NCBI RefSeq assembly: GCF_000150275.1
Contig: NW_002060944.1
Span: 4,282,123-4,346,122, forward strand
From: Trichoplax adhaerens
Taxonomy: Eukaryota; Animalia; Placozoa
Reading direction: 5' to 3'
Length of the DNA stretch: 64,000 bases
In this document: positions 27,601 to 43,402 of the stretch, piece after piece
How positions within the stretch are numbered: position 1 is the stretch's first letter
Layout of the letters: each line of letters opens with the position of its first letter
The notes under the pieces: generated by a model
The model's database searches: none
What the model was told of the DNA's origin: nothing
Seen by the model: the letters and a program-made list of their open reading frames with translations, nothing else
Position numbers and translations under genes: made by a program

Positions 27601-30600
27601 CTTTACTCAAGGTAATAATTGCTAAGAGATCATTTCATTTACACTTACTTCAACATTAGTATCTTCGAAAGGAATATTTCTTTTATTACTGCCGCTTATT
27701 TTAGCTTCAACTATCCCATCTGCTGAATCTATATCATTTAAAATTGGTAATTGTAAGGATTTAGTTACAAAACTAGTTTGACAGTTAGCAAGAAAGAAGC
27801 ATGCTAAGACTTAATAGATCGATATTTTACCTAGTACGGAAAGAATATTTGCCGAAGGCGGGACGTAATCGATACCACATTCTTATTTCGTAGCAATGAG
27901 TAAAATATCATAATAAAATCAGTGTTAAAGTTACGAAAGAACCAATAAAATTATTACATTAAAACTAATCTTTGCCAAACCTTTACATAGGAATTTCATT
28001 ATGGCTGCTGTTCCTTGTTTCGCTACATCTGTGTAGGATAGTGGTTTATCAAAAGAGTGAATAAATATCCGTGGCTACAATATAATATATCGGAGGTAAA
28101 CTTTATTTATTACCTTTTGGAGGATAGCTTAGAGTATCAAGAGATAATGTTATTGTCTATAATATTGAGAATAGCAAATTCGGTTTAAGATTCACATATG
28201 ATGCATAGTTATGACATTAAAAATTTAATTTAAAGCTGCATACCTCAAGTGATTTTATTTTGCACACGTCTTTCGGTAACGACGATATTGGATTTCCGGA
28301 TAGATCCAAATTTCGCAAACTTTTAAGTTTCGCCAAATCATCAGTTAGTACTTTAACAGCGTTATCTACGAAATTTTCACAAAAGTATTAATTAGTTTAA
28401 AAGTGTTAAAATAAAACACAAGGTGGATAATCTACTAGAGATGGTTTTCATAATACCATAACAATCTTATCCGACCTAACAAAAATAATACCTTTAATAT
28501 TCAAAGTTTGTAGAGTTACAAGTTGTCCGATCTCATTGGAAATAGTTGATATCTTGTTTTTTTCTAAATTTAATATCTATATAGATTAATTATAGCAATT
28601 ATGGATACTGGTATTGGGAGTTATTACTTATGCAACAGATGATTTTTATACTTTTGCTCGTAAATAATTGTTTATATTAAAGGGTCTAACAAAGCCTTCG
28701 TTATGTCAAGCTATACGGTATACGTAACGTCTTACTTGCAAACACTGCATGTGACGTATGCCTTCAGGGATCTTTGTTAGTTGATTATCGTGAAGATCAA
28801 GAACCTAGAATCAATTTGCTCATATATTACAACAAGGTAAAACAATAAATAATGCCATATTGATAGACTTTACAAACCATAATTTCAACATTTATATGAT
28901 AAAGTATATTTGAATTTTAAATACATTTCATGTAGTTCTCTACGATTATTTGCACCTACTCGGATTGTAGCTAGATTCTTTAGATCCCCACCACCAGATA
29001 GCGAGCGCAATTTATTGCAATACAACAGCAGATTCTATTCGAAACACGAATAAAACACCAAAATTTAAATTGCACCAGTAGAAATTTTACATTATTTTTA
29101 CTATCTATGGTGACAAGTTTGCACGGTAAGGCTCGATTTAAACTATAAACTTAAAAGAAAATTTCAAGCATGTGTACTTTACTGTAACCGCATTCGAAAC
29201 ATTAATTTGCTCTCATCGTAGAGTGAAACAATGGTATAAATCATCAACTCAAGATATATAGGACAGCATCGTTTTTACAATTTAATAACTAGCGAAGACA
29301 ATGTTCATATAATTATGTAATGAACAAATATGCAGTATTTAATTGAGGACATTTCATCATCTTCTGTGCGCTAAGTAGCTACTTTAAGAGCCCAGCGAGT
29401 CAAAGATACTAAAAATTGAGCTCTAAGGGGGACACTATGGACGAATAGCTCTAACGGGCAAGAGATTTATACAAATTTGGGAACGGCGTAATATATTTTA
29501 ATCTTTATTGTATAACAAATAAACAATATCGAAGAAAATAAAAATCCATCAGTATAGGTAGTAACGTGTTTTAGAATAACGTAGGTGTGCTTTACGGAAT
29601 TTAAGCTTCAGTATCTATCGATTTCTTATTAAATTGAGCCTTTTGAATCGAACATTAGCTAATACGATATATATATATAAAATGTAAACAGGTAGTATTA
29701 TGATACATTGGTTTAGACATATTTCGACGATAAAGATTTAGGAGTAATAAAGCTCAATATTTACCTCCTTTCTTAGGACATTGCATGTTGAGTAAAGACC
29801 GGAAGGAACCTGCGGATAGAAATTTGATGTGAGTATGGATTACTTTGTAACAATACGAAATTTTCGTACGCCTATCTCAAAGAGCATTACAGGAATCAAT
29901 ATGTGGGACATAGCTACAAACGTAGCCAGGTATCAATCTATCTGTATATCTGATATTCTTTCACGTAATTCTAGCACTCTAGCATAGGCAAGACGTTTAA
30001 TAATTCATTATTTTAATATTTTAACAGTATAAAATTGCTAAGAAAGCATACCATAATAAACTGTGATAATAGACTACAATGTCTCATATTTATGAAATAT
30101 ACCAACTCAGAACTTCTGCTTCAATTCCTCAATACTAGTTAAGCTGCGACTTCTGAGTCGAAGGCAATAAAGTATAAATAATAAGCGAATTTAACGAACA
30201 GACTATAATTATTTTTAACCCTATTTCTATTGCATCAAGCGTTACATGTACTTTTGTACGAGTATATATTCAATACAACTCATCATTATATCAATTCCAT
30301 GATAGAATTTATTTGCAAGACAGAGACTCTCGGAATACTGTAACATGAATTATATAATCATACTTTACTTCAATTTACAGTTCACTATGAGTTAAATTCA
30401 TGATACTCTACGCAGGTACTCTATCATACAGTAGTAGTCACTATCTACGCGATTTTAGATGTATGCGTTTAATAACCTCTGTTAATTCACATTCTGATAA
30501 ATCGACAAGCGGTTCCGGAGATTCCTTGGCCTATTTCAGACATGGAAGTAAATTTAAAATATGAATGAATATATGTGCATCAGTACCAACCAAACTGGCT

Positions 30601-32035
30601 GGATAACATAATATCTAACTACTGTCGAACTTATTCGTTATTAATTGTTGATTATTGTAAATAGGAAAATGATATTATATCAATTTTATAGCGTAACAAA
30701 TCCCAAAATCGTGATCAGTAAAGCAGTTACGTAGTTATTACGTATGCCGCACTCGTACCTACAGTACTTGATACTTATAATATTAGCTTATAATAAACGA
30801 ATACGCGTATTATTTCACAAGTTAACGCTAACATAAAATCAATGGAGATATTTGATCTCATAACTACTATTCTATTGCTACTGTACCATATAGTACAGTA
30901 AAGTATAAGCCATCTTATCAATAATACTATCCGGCATTCTTACAGTATACTCATTGAATTGAATCAATTTCGATTTGAAAAAGCTCTAAAGATACCGTAG
31001 TAGAATCGCTATATTATCCAATCATGATTTGCAAAGGCAAGTGTAATCCTATGCAGTTACGTTACTATCTACAGTATAATTCCATTTAATGAGCTAGTCG
31101 TCTTATCGTCTAGAGTAGATCAGCAAGATAAATGGCTATCATTTTTGATCCATGTCAACATAATACGCACATAGGGTGTAATCCTATGCAGTTTACGTTA
31201 CTATCTACAGTATAATTCCATTTAATGAGCTAGTCGTCTTATCGTCTAGAGTAGATCAGCAAGATAAATGGCTATCATTTTTGATCCATGTCAACATAAT
31301 ACGCACATACATTAGGGTGTAATCCTGTGCAGTTTAAGTCACTATCTACAATATAATTCCATTTAATGAGCTAGTCGTCTTATCGTCTAGAGTAGATCAG
31401 CAAGATAAACGGCGATCATTTTTGATCCATGTCAACATAATACGCACATAGGGTATCATCGTTTTATATGTTAAACTACTCGTTTCGTACTGTCCTCAAA
31501 TGTATAGGTACGCAGTACAATCCATACAAAGTCGATGAAATTCTTTACTCGTATAGCTATTGCAATGTATAACGACGTATTTATTTACTTATCTACTTAC
31601 TATACAGTATATAGTACGTGTTTACAACAGTGTCTGATTGATTACAAAAATTGAGAACTAATAATAGTCATCTCTACCTTTGGATAGAAGTGATTAATCA
31701 TGATTGATAACTAATAGTAAAACCTACAATCTTCTCGATAGCGGTAGTATCGTCTTTTAGTTACTCCCTGCATAGCCTCTATGCTAGTCGAGCCACCTTT
31801 ACTTAGTACAGTATGTTTTGGTTATTAATTACAAAAGTCGAAAGGCGTTTTTACAGTATCTTCTATCTGATAAAGTTGACAGTAATAAATGATAATCAAA
31901 TGACAATCGTCTTAGTTATTAAAGTAATAAGCCGCAGTGAACAGTATTCAAAATTACCAAGTACAATCGCTTCTGTACTTTCTTTTTTGCTTCTTCATTT
32001 TTCTCTTGCTGTTTTTTGGACTTAAATAAAGGCAT
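24604..32035 (-). CDS. LRSAM1: LRR-coiled coil-SAM-RING E3 ubiquitin ligase (LRSAM1/Tal)
   Basis: N-terminus MPLFKSKK..AKESPEPLVDLSECELTEVPSGLYSTCNVLRKE; LRRs VLDLHDNQLTKIP and LRNLDLSGNPISSLP; GTAAIMKFLCKECGIDYVPPS; a SAM-like region; C-terminal RING CSICMD..FLDCGHVCTCLKC..CPICR. Confidence 0.92.
31041..31453. repeat. ~135-141-bp tandem repeat (3 near-identical copies) in LRSAM1 intron 1
   Basis: Units GTGTAATCCT..ATAATACGCACA start at 31041, 31176 and 31317. Confidence 0.95.
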
Positions 32036-32091
32036 GATCTCTATTTTGATGATCTGCCTTCTAGTACAAGGTTTAAATAGACCAGCTGCTT

Positions 32092-32345
32092 ATACTGTAC
32101 TGTACTGTACAGTATACTCTACTGTACCATTGTACTGTATTGGCTGTAGATACAGTAGTTAGCACTCTTATGTTTTTATCTTAACTTGAAGGTTTACATC
32201 AATTGCTATTACAGTACAGTACTGTAGCCTACAGTATCGAGGATGATGTCATTCAAAGATGGAGAAGAGCGAGTCCATGATACAGTACTGTACAGTACTG
32301 TATCGTGTACTGTACAGTATACAGTACAGTACTGTACTGTACTGG
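32092..32345. promoter_or_regulatory. (GTACN)n clusters upstream of LRSAM1 (LRSAM1/RPS5 divergent region)
   Basis: TACTGTACTGTACTGTACAGTA and TACAGTACTGTACAGTACTGTA..ACAGTACAGTACTGTACTGTACTG; a further run at ~32886-32908 near the RPS5 start. The role is inferred. Confidence 0.6.
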
Positions 32346-33044
32346 TGGGGGAGTGTCGATGATGCACTGTAGTATTTTGTCAAAACCCTTCTCACCAGTT
32401 CACTATATTCTTATATTTACTGTATACTTCAATACTTTGTCAGAATACAGTATCATTTTTGCAAAGTTGCTGATATTTAGAATTGGATATAAGGCTATTA
32501 TTTCTGTCTTTGCCTAACTCGAAATGTAACGATCATTTATTCAACTAATACTGTATTATTCAATAAAAAGTGTAAGTACATACAGTAGTCAAAGTGTACG
32601 GTAGAACGAACGGCGGGGTTTTACTAGACCTGAGAAAGGTTCGGTTCGGTTCAGACCGTTATGATCTATATCGTTTTACTAATAATTCAAATATAATTTT
32701 GAACGGTGCTTATGTACCAGCAAATTGCCCCTGAGCGAATGCATTCTGTCGATTTCTTAACTGTAAATATCAGCATTGGCATCCAAATCAGGGACTTGTT
32801 AATAAGAGAGCATTCCCTAATTTAATAATACAGTATAATAGACAGAACTTTCTCTTACAAATCCTTGTCGAAATTAACTGCTATCGTACTGTACTGTACG
32901 TCTGTACCCACTGGTCCTGGTCCTGCCAATGCGTGGTGTTTTGCTTGTGGCCATCGCGACCTCTACTGCGCAATCGCAACTGCCCCTGAAGGTCCACGAG
33001 TCTGCAGTCACCCCAGTATATTAGTCCTCGTGGGCTCTCAAAGA

Positions 33045-33062
33045 TCCCTCTTCTTCTAAAAG
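33045..33062 (+). promoter_or_regulatory. Probable 5' TOP/TCT start and tiny non-coding first exon of RPS5
   Basis: Pyrimidine tract TCCCTCTTCTTCT is followed by AAAAG|GTATGT (donor); an acceptor TAG at 33951-33953 lies just upstream of the ATG. This matches the usual ribosomal-protein gene architecture. The start site itself is inferred. Confidence 0.6.
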
Positions 33063-33973
33063 GTATGTACAGACGACTCCATGATCGGATTCTGATGATT
33101 GTACTTGCTTTATTGGTAAAAATGTTCAATATTATTAATTTGTCTACATGTGAAAAAGATTGTGTATTACTCTACTATCAACTCTTACTGCTATTAAACT
33201 TGCTATTACCTGTTTTACAATGGATTATTACTAAATTGTAAAATCCTCCTAGCCACATTACATGTCTGTTCTAGAGTGTAGAAGTTACTAGTTGTAGTCG
33301 GTAATGTAGATTGGACGCTTAAAATTCAATATATTGAGCGAAGAAGATATGCCTCGTTTTAAATTAAAATGCTAGGTTATTGCTGTGTAGCACTATACGT
33401 AATCCTTAGGCCTAGATAAATCTATCTGCAACGGACTACTATTTAATCAGTGGTCATCATATAGCAATTACGTTGGAACATGTGATGTAGCCTAATTCTT
33501 CTACTGTACTCTGGTTGTTAGCTTACTTAAAAGGATAATTACTTGACGCTGATTCCAGAGTAGCGCTTCAGCTTTCAACGATTCTACTCTACATATAAAC
33601 CTGAAATTATAAAGTAATGAAATATTAGTCATTCAATAGACCACACTAATCAAGGTCAATTTACTAACAAATATAGTTTTGAAACTAAACCTAATGACGA
33701 ACAGCAGTTTTCCTATCATTACGGTGCTGTCTTCAACCTTTCTTTATACAATTTAGTAATATGTAGTATTGATGGCCTTTAGATTTTGACTTGTTTGATG
33801 TATACTTATAACCCTTGGTCGGATTTAAGTTATATAATAAATTGTATAGCATATCAATTGTCCAATATTATCAAATAGCTAGCCTAAGATACGACCAACG
33901 GATTACTTTTAGTTTATTAACTCTTCTGGTGTATTTGTATCCTATTCATATAGCCATAACTTGAAACTACGAA

Positions 33974-35260
<1,287 letters not shown>

Positions 35261-35520
35261 GAATATTACCGATTTCATGTTTTATAATGTAATGTAACCA
35301 AAGCAAAATAAAAAAGATTAGTTCATTCTCACTGTTGTATAACTGCGGTTATTTTACCAAAGGAAAAGGGACAATGAATGCTCAAGTAATGCGGTTCATA
35401 ACGCAGCTTACTAGAATTGTTAATAGTACAGACTGTACTTTTTAAGAATTGAACAATGTCAATCGTTAGGAAGGGATCTAGACATATGTAGACAAGTTTT
35501 TCACTAAATTACGTTTCTCC

Positions 35521-36087
35521 ACCGCATACTATAGCATTCAACTTTACATAGACATGAACCGGGGACTACTTACAGTATACTAGATACGAAAGTTCTGCAT
35601 AAAACCCCTCCTGCACCCGAATTCAGGTTACTGTACTCTATGGTTATTGGTTTATGTAACAAAATATTCAGACCTTTTTCTCTTTACTACGAGCTATGAA
35701 CTAGCCATGCTGTACCAAGTACTTGAGTAAAACTGCCTGACCACAGAATCGTGCAGTACAGTGTATGAAAGCCGAAAAATACAGTAATAGACCGCATACT
35801 ATAGCATTCAACTTTACATAGACATAAACCGGGGACTACTTACAGTATACTAGATACGAAAGTTCGGCAAGAAACCCCTCCTGCACCCGAGTTCAGCTTA
35901 GTACTCCAGGCTACTGCAATAACTCCATATACTGTACTCTATGGTTATTGGTTTATGTAATAAACTATTAAGACCTTTTTCTCTTTACGAGCTATAAACT
36001 AGCTATGCTGTACCAAGTACTTCATTAAAACTGCCTGACCACAGAATTGTACAGTACAACGTATGAAAGCCGAAAAATACAGTAATA
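35521..36087. repeat. ~270-295-bp tandem duplication between RPS5 and FLOT1
   Basis: ACCGCATACTATAGCATTCAACTTTACATAGACAT starts at 35521 and 35791; both copies end GAAAGCCGAAAAATACAGTAAT. Copy 2 has an extra ~30 nt. Confidence 0.95.
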
Positions 36088-36384
36088 ATTAATTGATATT
36101 CATTTTTTCTTTTTTACCCCGCTGGCCCTTATTGTACCGAACCATGAAGATTAGTTTACAGCTGCTGTTTACTGTACCGTATCGCACCAGTCCATGTTGT
36201 CCCGTCTGTCTGTACTGTACGTTCTTGAATTCGGTGGTACTTTAGTAGCGACGTTTGTGCCCCTTAGCGACTGTTTTGACACGATTCTGGCGTACACTTG
36301 CTGTACAGTACTGGAATAGGATAATATCGCCATTTTGTTGTGAAATTACTTATTGACACTGCAAGCCCCTAATATCACGCAACC

Positions 36385-39300
36385 ATGGTATTCTTTGAAA
36401 CTAGTGGTCCAAATGAAGCTATGGTAGTTTCAGGTAAGTTTTAAGGAAACATTGAAGTTAACATTGACAGTAGTTGATCTAGAAGAGTCACTCGAGTCGT
36501 CTTTATTTTCGGATCGATTTTTTCGCTTGCACAAACAGTACTCACAGTACTGTAGTGTACTATTAGAATACGAGTAAACGGATTTAAAATGTTGTAGATT
36601 TCGATATAGCAAAATTTATTCTTTTATCGCTACCAGATCCTGACACAGTACATTGAGTCCAATATATAGAGTACAGATTTAGATTTTATAGAATTTCCTG
36701 TATATGTAAATGGTAGAACTTGGAAACATAAGCAAGTGTAGTCTTTTTATTGGATATTGGTATTTGGTCAAGGAGGTGCACTGTTTCACAAGTTATGATA
36801 TGTATTGGAGACTTTGAGAGAAAGCTGATGCCCTTCTGTGTAGCACAGTTCAAGGCTAGTCTACTCTCTACTATACTCAGTTTACCGTACATTATTTCCC
36901 AATTTTTGGTTGTATATTTCCGATCAAGTCGATTATAACGATAAGCAAGCGTAGTCTTTTTATTCGACATTCGTATTTGGTCAATGGAGGTGCACTGTTT
37001 CACAAGTTATGATATGTATTGGAGACTTTGAGAGAAAGCTGATGCCCTTCTGTGTAGTACAGTTCACGGCTAGTCTACTCTCTGCTATACTCAGTTTACC
37101 GTACGTTATTTCCCAATTTTTGATTGTATATTTATTTCGGATCAAGTCGATTATAGTGATACTGTACACTGTACAGTATTAGCGTCTGTTAGTGATAGAA
37201 TAATAGAAAAGTACACTACTGTAGCTGGAAAACTGAATCTATCTTACACTTGTACTCTTTTCTACCAACGTTGGATAAACACCTACAGTAGTGGCGATTA
37301 AGAAATTTGTCAGATGCATTTCTACCTTGATGTGTCTTTGGTCAGATCACCGCACAATTCGTACATTAGCATACTAGTCTAACATATTGGGCATGATAAT
37401 ATCAACTGAGATCAATGTCGTAAATGGCCGTAATGATGTCATTACGGCACTGTATATCGTTTCGTGTTGGCCATGCTTTATTGTAAAGTTGCAATTTCTC
37501 AAGAAACCATGAACAAATTTTATCTCTTTAGCTCTCAGACTGATCCAAATATGCCGCAATATGATATCAATACATTCCGCTTCAGTCAATAGACCTCAAA
37601 ACAACTGTAAACTTCGTATAGATCCGATTTGGATTGATTTTGACGATCAAGAGTACAGTAATATTTCGTAGTTAAACGATAGACAGTGACATCTATTTAT
37701 GTGAGAGCCAACAGTGCTTGATCACTTTTACTCTACCAACACTAGTAGCTTTTTAGAATATATATGTAGAATTCAAGACTAGATCTGAACTTTCACTCTA
37801 TATTTGCAAGGAGCTTTAGTTGAGGAACCTTTGAATTGACGGTAACATGCTTTTCAAGCCATTTCTTGACTACTTTGAGATAAATAATTGCACAATACAA
37901 CTATCTGTAATTTAATAACCAATGCTATTTTGACTATTAGAAGGATTAGTAAGCCACAAATACATTCACTCTACAACTAGTTTATGTTTAAAAGTAGAAT
38001 AACGACTTTACACGGCCTGGCTATTGCCTCTAGAATTTGTCGTCTACTCTGCCAAGCTTTATAATTAATTATTGGCACACACTCCAAGATTTGTAATCTT
38101 GAGTTCGCGTAATTTGGGAGACACACGGGCGAGGCTCAACACAGATTGTAATACAGTACTATAGGCAAATGGATATCACCTGTGTGAAATATAAAAGCTG
38201 ATTCGTCGTAATATATAGTACTACCACAAGTAGTCCAGTATCGTACCCTACTCTGATACAGTAGGTAACCATGGGCGTAGTCGTTGCGTTTGGCATTATT
38301 ATATTATATTTTTTCTTTTGTTTCGTACCACGCATGCTCAACAAGACTGGCACAGTTTCATCAGTGCAAGAATGGACTGAAGTAATCCATGGTGTAGGAT
38401 GTTTCCTTGCTGCAATCAATCACGCAGTTTTACTGCAGTTATACAGTATATTAAACGTGTTATTCATGGTTATTCATGATTCAAGTCGATGAGCTATTTG
38501 CCAATATCCTAGTGACAGTATAACCCGATGGACCTGATCGTTGTTTGTTCTTGCCTGAAGTAATCCACGATAGGTGTTTCTTGCTGCAATCAATCACGCA
38601 GTTTTACTGCAGTTATACAGTATATTGAACGTGTTATTCGTGATTCAAGTCCATGAGCTATTTGCCAATATCCTAGTGACAGTATAGCCCCATGGACCTG
38701 ATCGTTGTTTCTTATTAGCTGAAGTAATCCACGATAGGGTGTTTCCTTGCTGCAATCATGCAATTCTACTGCAGTTATACAGTATACTGTATACCAAACG
38801 TGTTATTCATGATTCAAGCCGATGAGCTATTTGCCAATATCCTAGTGACAGCATAACCTCATTAACCTGATCGTTGCTTATTATTGAACTCTTAAAATTG
38901 ACTCGGCTTAAATTGCATCTTCATGCGACTATTGTACTTATACTATTATCAAATAATATCATAGGTATGTGCCATACTAGGCCATTAGTAATTCCTGGTG
39001 GCAGAGTTTTCGTTTGGCCAATCGTTCAACGCCTTCAACGGTAATGTATTAATAATAATTCTACTAGATCAAGTACCGACTTTAAGTTAAATGCATAATC
39101 AATTATAAACTGTGGCTACGATATGCTGTATCTATCTGTAAAACCAAACTTATCGCAATGCTGTCCAGTACAAATTGTACGGTGATTGCCATTTGAATAG
39201 CCAGTTAAAAGTTTTCCCATTGCAGCAATTAAGTTACCATTTTAAATTATACCTGTATACGTAGCGTGCCAAATTATCCTGATACTCTGTAATAATACGC

Positions 39301-41141
39301 AATCAGCATCACAACAATGTACTAAATTATCCATGCTGTTTACTATGCAGATTATCGTTGAATACGCTAACTCTGAACATAGACACACCTAATGTGTATA
39401 CTCGTCAAGGTGTAGCTATATCTGTAACTGGTGTTGCTCAAGTCAAAGTTCAGAGCACCAATGAAGAAATGTTACAGTCTGCTTGCCAACAATTCTTGGG
39501 TAAAACAGAAACTGAAATGAGGCGTATTGCGCAAGAAACGTTGGAAGGCCATCAGCGTGCTATTATGGGTACCATGACTGTTGAGGTACGGCTCATCTCA
39601 TGAGTAACGTAACGTAGAAATTAATTGATTCTGTAGAGTTATTATCAGGCTTTTATAACTTCCTTCCATTAAACATTACCAATTACATTTGCAACTTTAG
39701 GAAATTTACCAAGATCGTAAAAAATTTTCAAAAAGTGTATTTGATGTCGCGTCATCCGATCTTGTTAGCATGGGAATTAGTGTAGTAAGCTATACGTTAA
39801 AAGATATTCGTGATAGCGAAGGGTATCTACTTGCTCTTGGTATGGCTCGTACAGCACAAGTAAAGAGAGATGCTATGATTGGTGAGGCAGAAGCGAAAAG
39901 AGATTCTGGAATCAAGGTATCATCATTCTTTAAAGATAATAGGCGTATTTTATTGTAAAAGCGATATCGATTATTGAATGTAGATTTTATTCCTCTGTTC
40001 ACTTTTAGGAAGCTAGAGCTGAACAGCAAAAAATGGCAGCCCAGTACACTAATGACATTGAAGTGGCTAAATCACAACGGGATTTCCAATTGAAAAAGGC
40101 TGCTTATGATATTGAAGTCAATACACGCAAGGCCGAAGCAGATCTATCTTACGAGTTGCAGGCCGCCAAAACAAAGCAGAGAATAAAGGAGGAAGAGATG
40201 CAAATCAAGGTTGTTGAACGTGCACAACAGATTCAAGTACAGGAACAGGTGAGCTCTCAAAGATGAAGGTACTAATAGTGAATGTAACTTATTTACTGAA
40301 ACGTTTTTCATGGTGACAGGAAATCACTAGACGCGAACGAGAATTAGAAGCCCAAGTTAAACAACCTGCTCTAGCAGAGAAATATAAACTAGAAAAATTA
40401 GCTGAAGCCAACAAGTAACTTTGATATAACTATGATTAATTTCTTTTTCTAATTTGATAACCCTGATGGCGGTACTTGTTCTATAAAATAGAAAGCGAGT
40501 TATCCTCGAAGCTGAAGCTGCAGCTGAAGCCATACGAGTAATTTCCGTTTCCTTTGCATCTGGTATTGATATTTACGCTGGTATAACCTAGTTGATATGA
40601 TATTTGTTCGTTTATGTAGGTTAAAGGTGAAGCAGAAGCATTTGCGGTTGAAGCAAAAGCGAAAGCTGAGGCAGAACAAATGGCAAAGAAAGCAGATGCT
40701 TGGAAAGAATACCAAGAGGCTGCTATGGTCGATATGGTATTGGAAACTATGCCCAAGGTATTTATAAATATCACTTATGTTTATAAGTATAAAATTTTTT
40801 TTATTTCATTACATTATTCATAACCCTATAATTTAGATTGCTGCTGAAGTAGCAGCTCCAATCTCACAAGCCCGTAAAATTACTATGGTCTCTGGCGGAG
40901 ATGGAGAGGTTGGCGCTAGTAAGATAACCGGAGAAGTTTTGAATATTATCCGACAAATGCCGAAGGTAGTTGAAGACCTAACTGGTATCGACATTACCAA
41001 GGTGTGTACTTATAGTTTTTTCAATTGTGATGATTTAATTCTATAGGATTTTCATCCCAATTCTATTATGTGTAATAACCTTACTACTAAAATTCACTTC
41101 TTTAGGCAATGAAATTTTCTTCTGGTAGTGGTCGTGTATAA
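36385..41141 (+). CDS. FLOT1: Flotillin-1 (SPFH domain)
   Basis: Exon 1 (36385-36433) [17 protein letters not shown]; exon 2 (38965-39040) GGRVFVWP; then [54 protein letters not shown] and KITGEV. The residues match the FLOT1 rather than the FLOT2 pattern. Confidence 0.93.
36729..37154. repeat. ~212-bp tandem duplication in FLOT1 intron 1
   Basis: ATAAGCAAG(T/C)GTAGTCTTTTTATT starts at 36729 and 36941. Confidence 0.95.
38377..38877. repeat. ~165-180-bp tandem repeat (3 copies) in FLOT1 intron 1
   Basis: Units CTGAAGTAATCCA..GAGCTATTTGCCAATATCCTAGTGACAG..CCTGATCGTTG start at 38377, 38555 and 38719. Confidence 0.95.
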
Positions 41142-43402
41142 TTTATTAATTGAAAAGCCATTTTTGTAGTCAGTGCGAGTTCTTTACGTCTGACCATGTT
41201 GAACAGTAGAAATGTACTAATTATTACTCCCTATTACTGGCTAGCAGCTGCCTACCGTATATAAAAAAATTGGTTCTTTTCACACATTAACTAATAAAGT
41301 AATTAGAATTGCCGTGCGACTTACGGCATCTATTGCGTTTTAGCGCTGAAATATCGATCGCAGTCATGTAATCTCTCTTATAATTACTATCTTAAAGGCT
41401 ACAATGAGAAATGGGTACTTTAACGTAAGACAATTAAGTAACGCGATTTTAACTTCACAGCATCTATAATTTCTAAGCTTATCATATACTCGCATACAAT
41501 ACTTTACTACGCGAACGGGTAGGCTTTAGTCATTTCTTAGTTTTCCTGTCCTGAATGATGGATTAATAATTAATTGATTTTGGATTATATAAAACAGTGT
41601 GAATATAAACCGTATAATAAATAATCTTGATAGTTATAATTCATGAATTAGATAGCTAATTAGGCCGTTTTTCACAGTTTTTAGAAGAAACAATAAACTT
41701 TAATTCTTATCACTGTAAATCAAATTGCTTTCGCTGTAAGTTATTTAGACTGTAATATTAGCTTGTTGTATGAAGGTTGCACGGAGTTTGGAATACTTCG
41801 GTATTAGTATTCGATTTTATATCTAATCCCCTGGTTTTTGCCATGATTCGCAGCTATAATACATATCTATATACTCGTATATACGTATGTTACTATACGC
41901 GTACATTAGTTAAATGGGTTGAATTGCTTCTGTTTCGTTTTTAAGATTAAGATGTCGAAGATAGTACTATAAAGGTTCTATCTTATCATTACTGTACACT
42001 AGTGTACAGTGTACAGTTTAGGCTATGCTTGCAATCATTATTGTATGGGTAGATATATTCACGTGTCTCTAATATATGTTGTACTGCATGGTGCGTTTAT
42101 AGCATTCGAGCTGGACCACACCTTGACCTCGGTATATACGAGTATATGTATATCTTGTAATTTAGTAAAAATGCATCACCAGGTCATTAGTATTGCGTAT
42201 ATACGTATAACTATTCAAATGTGCTGTATATGGATAAAGTACTACGTACTATAGTAGAATACATCCAATTATAGACAGTAGCACAAGCGATGCATACCCT
42301 ATCATATTACCTTTAATACTGATTTAGTGGATTAAATAAAAACAGGGAGTATTTGAGCACTTTATTGGGTACCGTAATCCCTGAAAAAGATTGGTGTGAT
42401 CATATACAAATAAAAATATTGTTTACTGTAACTATTTTTGTTTTTTTGCTAATTCCAACCGAGGTGATGATAAATCCACATCGCTACCCTATAAACATAA
42501 TCTTGAATAAGTCATTGTCGCTATGTTGTACTAAACGAGAAAGTTTGGTGCAAGACTACAGTATGCGCTAATTTATGCAAATACAATTTAAAAATCTATA
42601 CGGTGCTTTGCTATAACAAAAATCACTAATACCGCTATCTTTCAACTTGAAACTCGCTTCTTAATATCTGAAGGATACATACGGAAAACAGATAAACATC
42701 ATTTCCTATTTACCACATGATCAAAATATCAAATATATGAAGGTGTAACACTGTTTATCTCCGAAAATGTGTTCAATCTGCGTATGCTATAAACGAATTA
42801 AAATTACAACTATGGCCATTTCCTGATAAAGATGGATATGCATTAATTGAGTCAAAGATTTTGCTTGCAACATAAAACCTGGTACGTGAGGAGAGATGTT
42901 GATATCATGTATTAAAAAATTATCTATTTTAATATAGAGAATAAAGATAGTGTGATTTAATACACCTAGCAGTAGCTACGCAGTTAAAAAGGGCTACTAT
43001 TGCAAGATGCGAAATATGAGAAAAGTTGCACTCTGCAGTGCGATAATAAAATGGCCGTATTTGCACTCAAGGTGTTTAACGCTTTGTCAATTGCTGGACT
43101 TGCATGAAAAGTTATAAATGAAACAGTGATATAAATTGTCCAGTAACACCAAGTGATGTGATAGATTCCTATTGGCTTCTCACGCGTTGAAAATTTATTC
43201 GTTGTTCTTTAATACTATTTTCGTTGACTATTATACCTACTTGTACTTTCCTTAGACGAACAAAGTATCATTCATTAGAGAGTTAATTCTCCATTATTTA
43301 ATCTTTTCTGGCATCATTACTGGCAAATTTCACAAGATACGTCTGTAGAAATTATCTTTCGTGAAAGGATTATTGTTTGGTTACAAGTTGAACCTTGTTA
43401 AT

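Noticed and set aside
32636-32658. GGTTC repeats as a tRNA T-loop/B box
   Set aside because: No cloverleaf or A box is present nearby.
36686-37589. Short ORFs in FLOT1 intron 1 as a nested gene
   Set aside because: Most are translations of the 212-bp duplication and show no recognisable domain.
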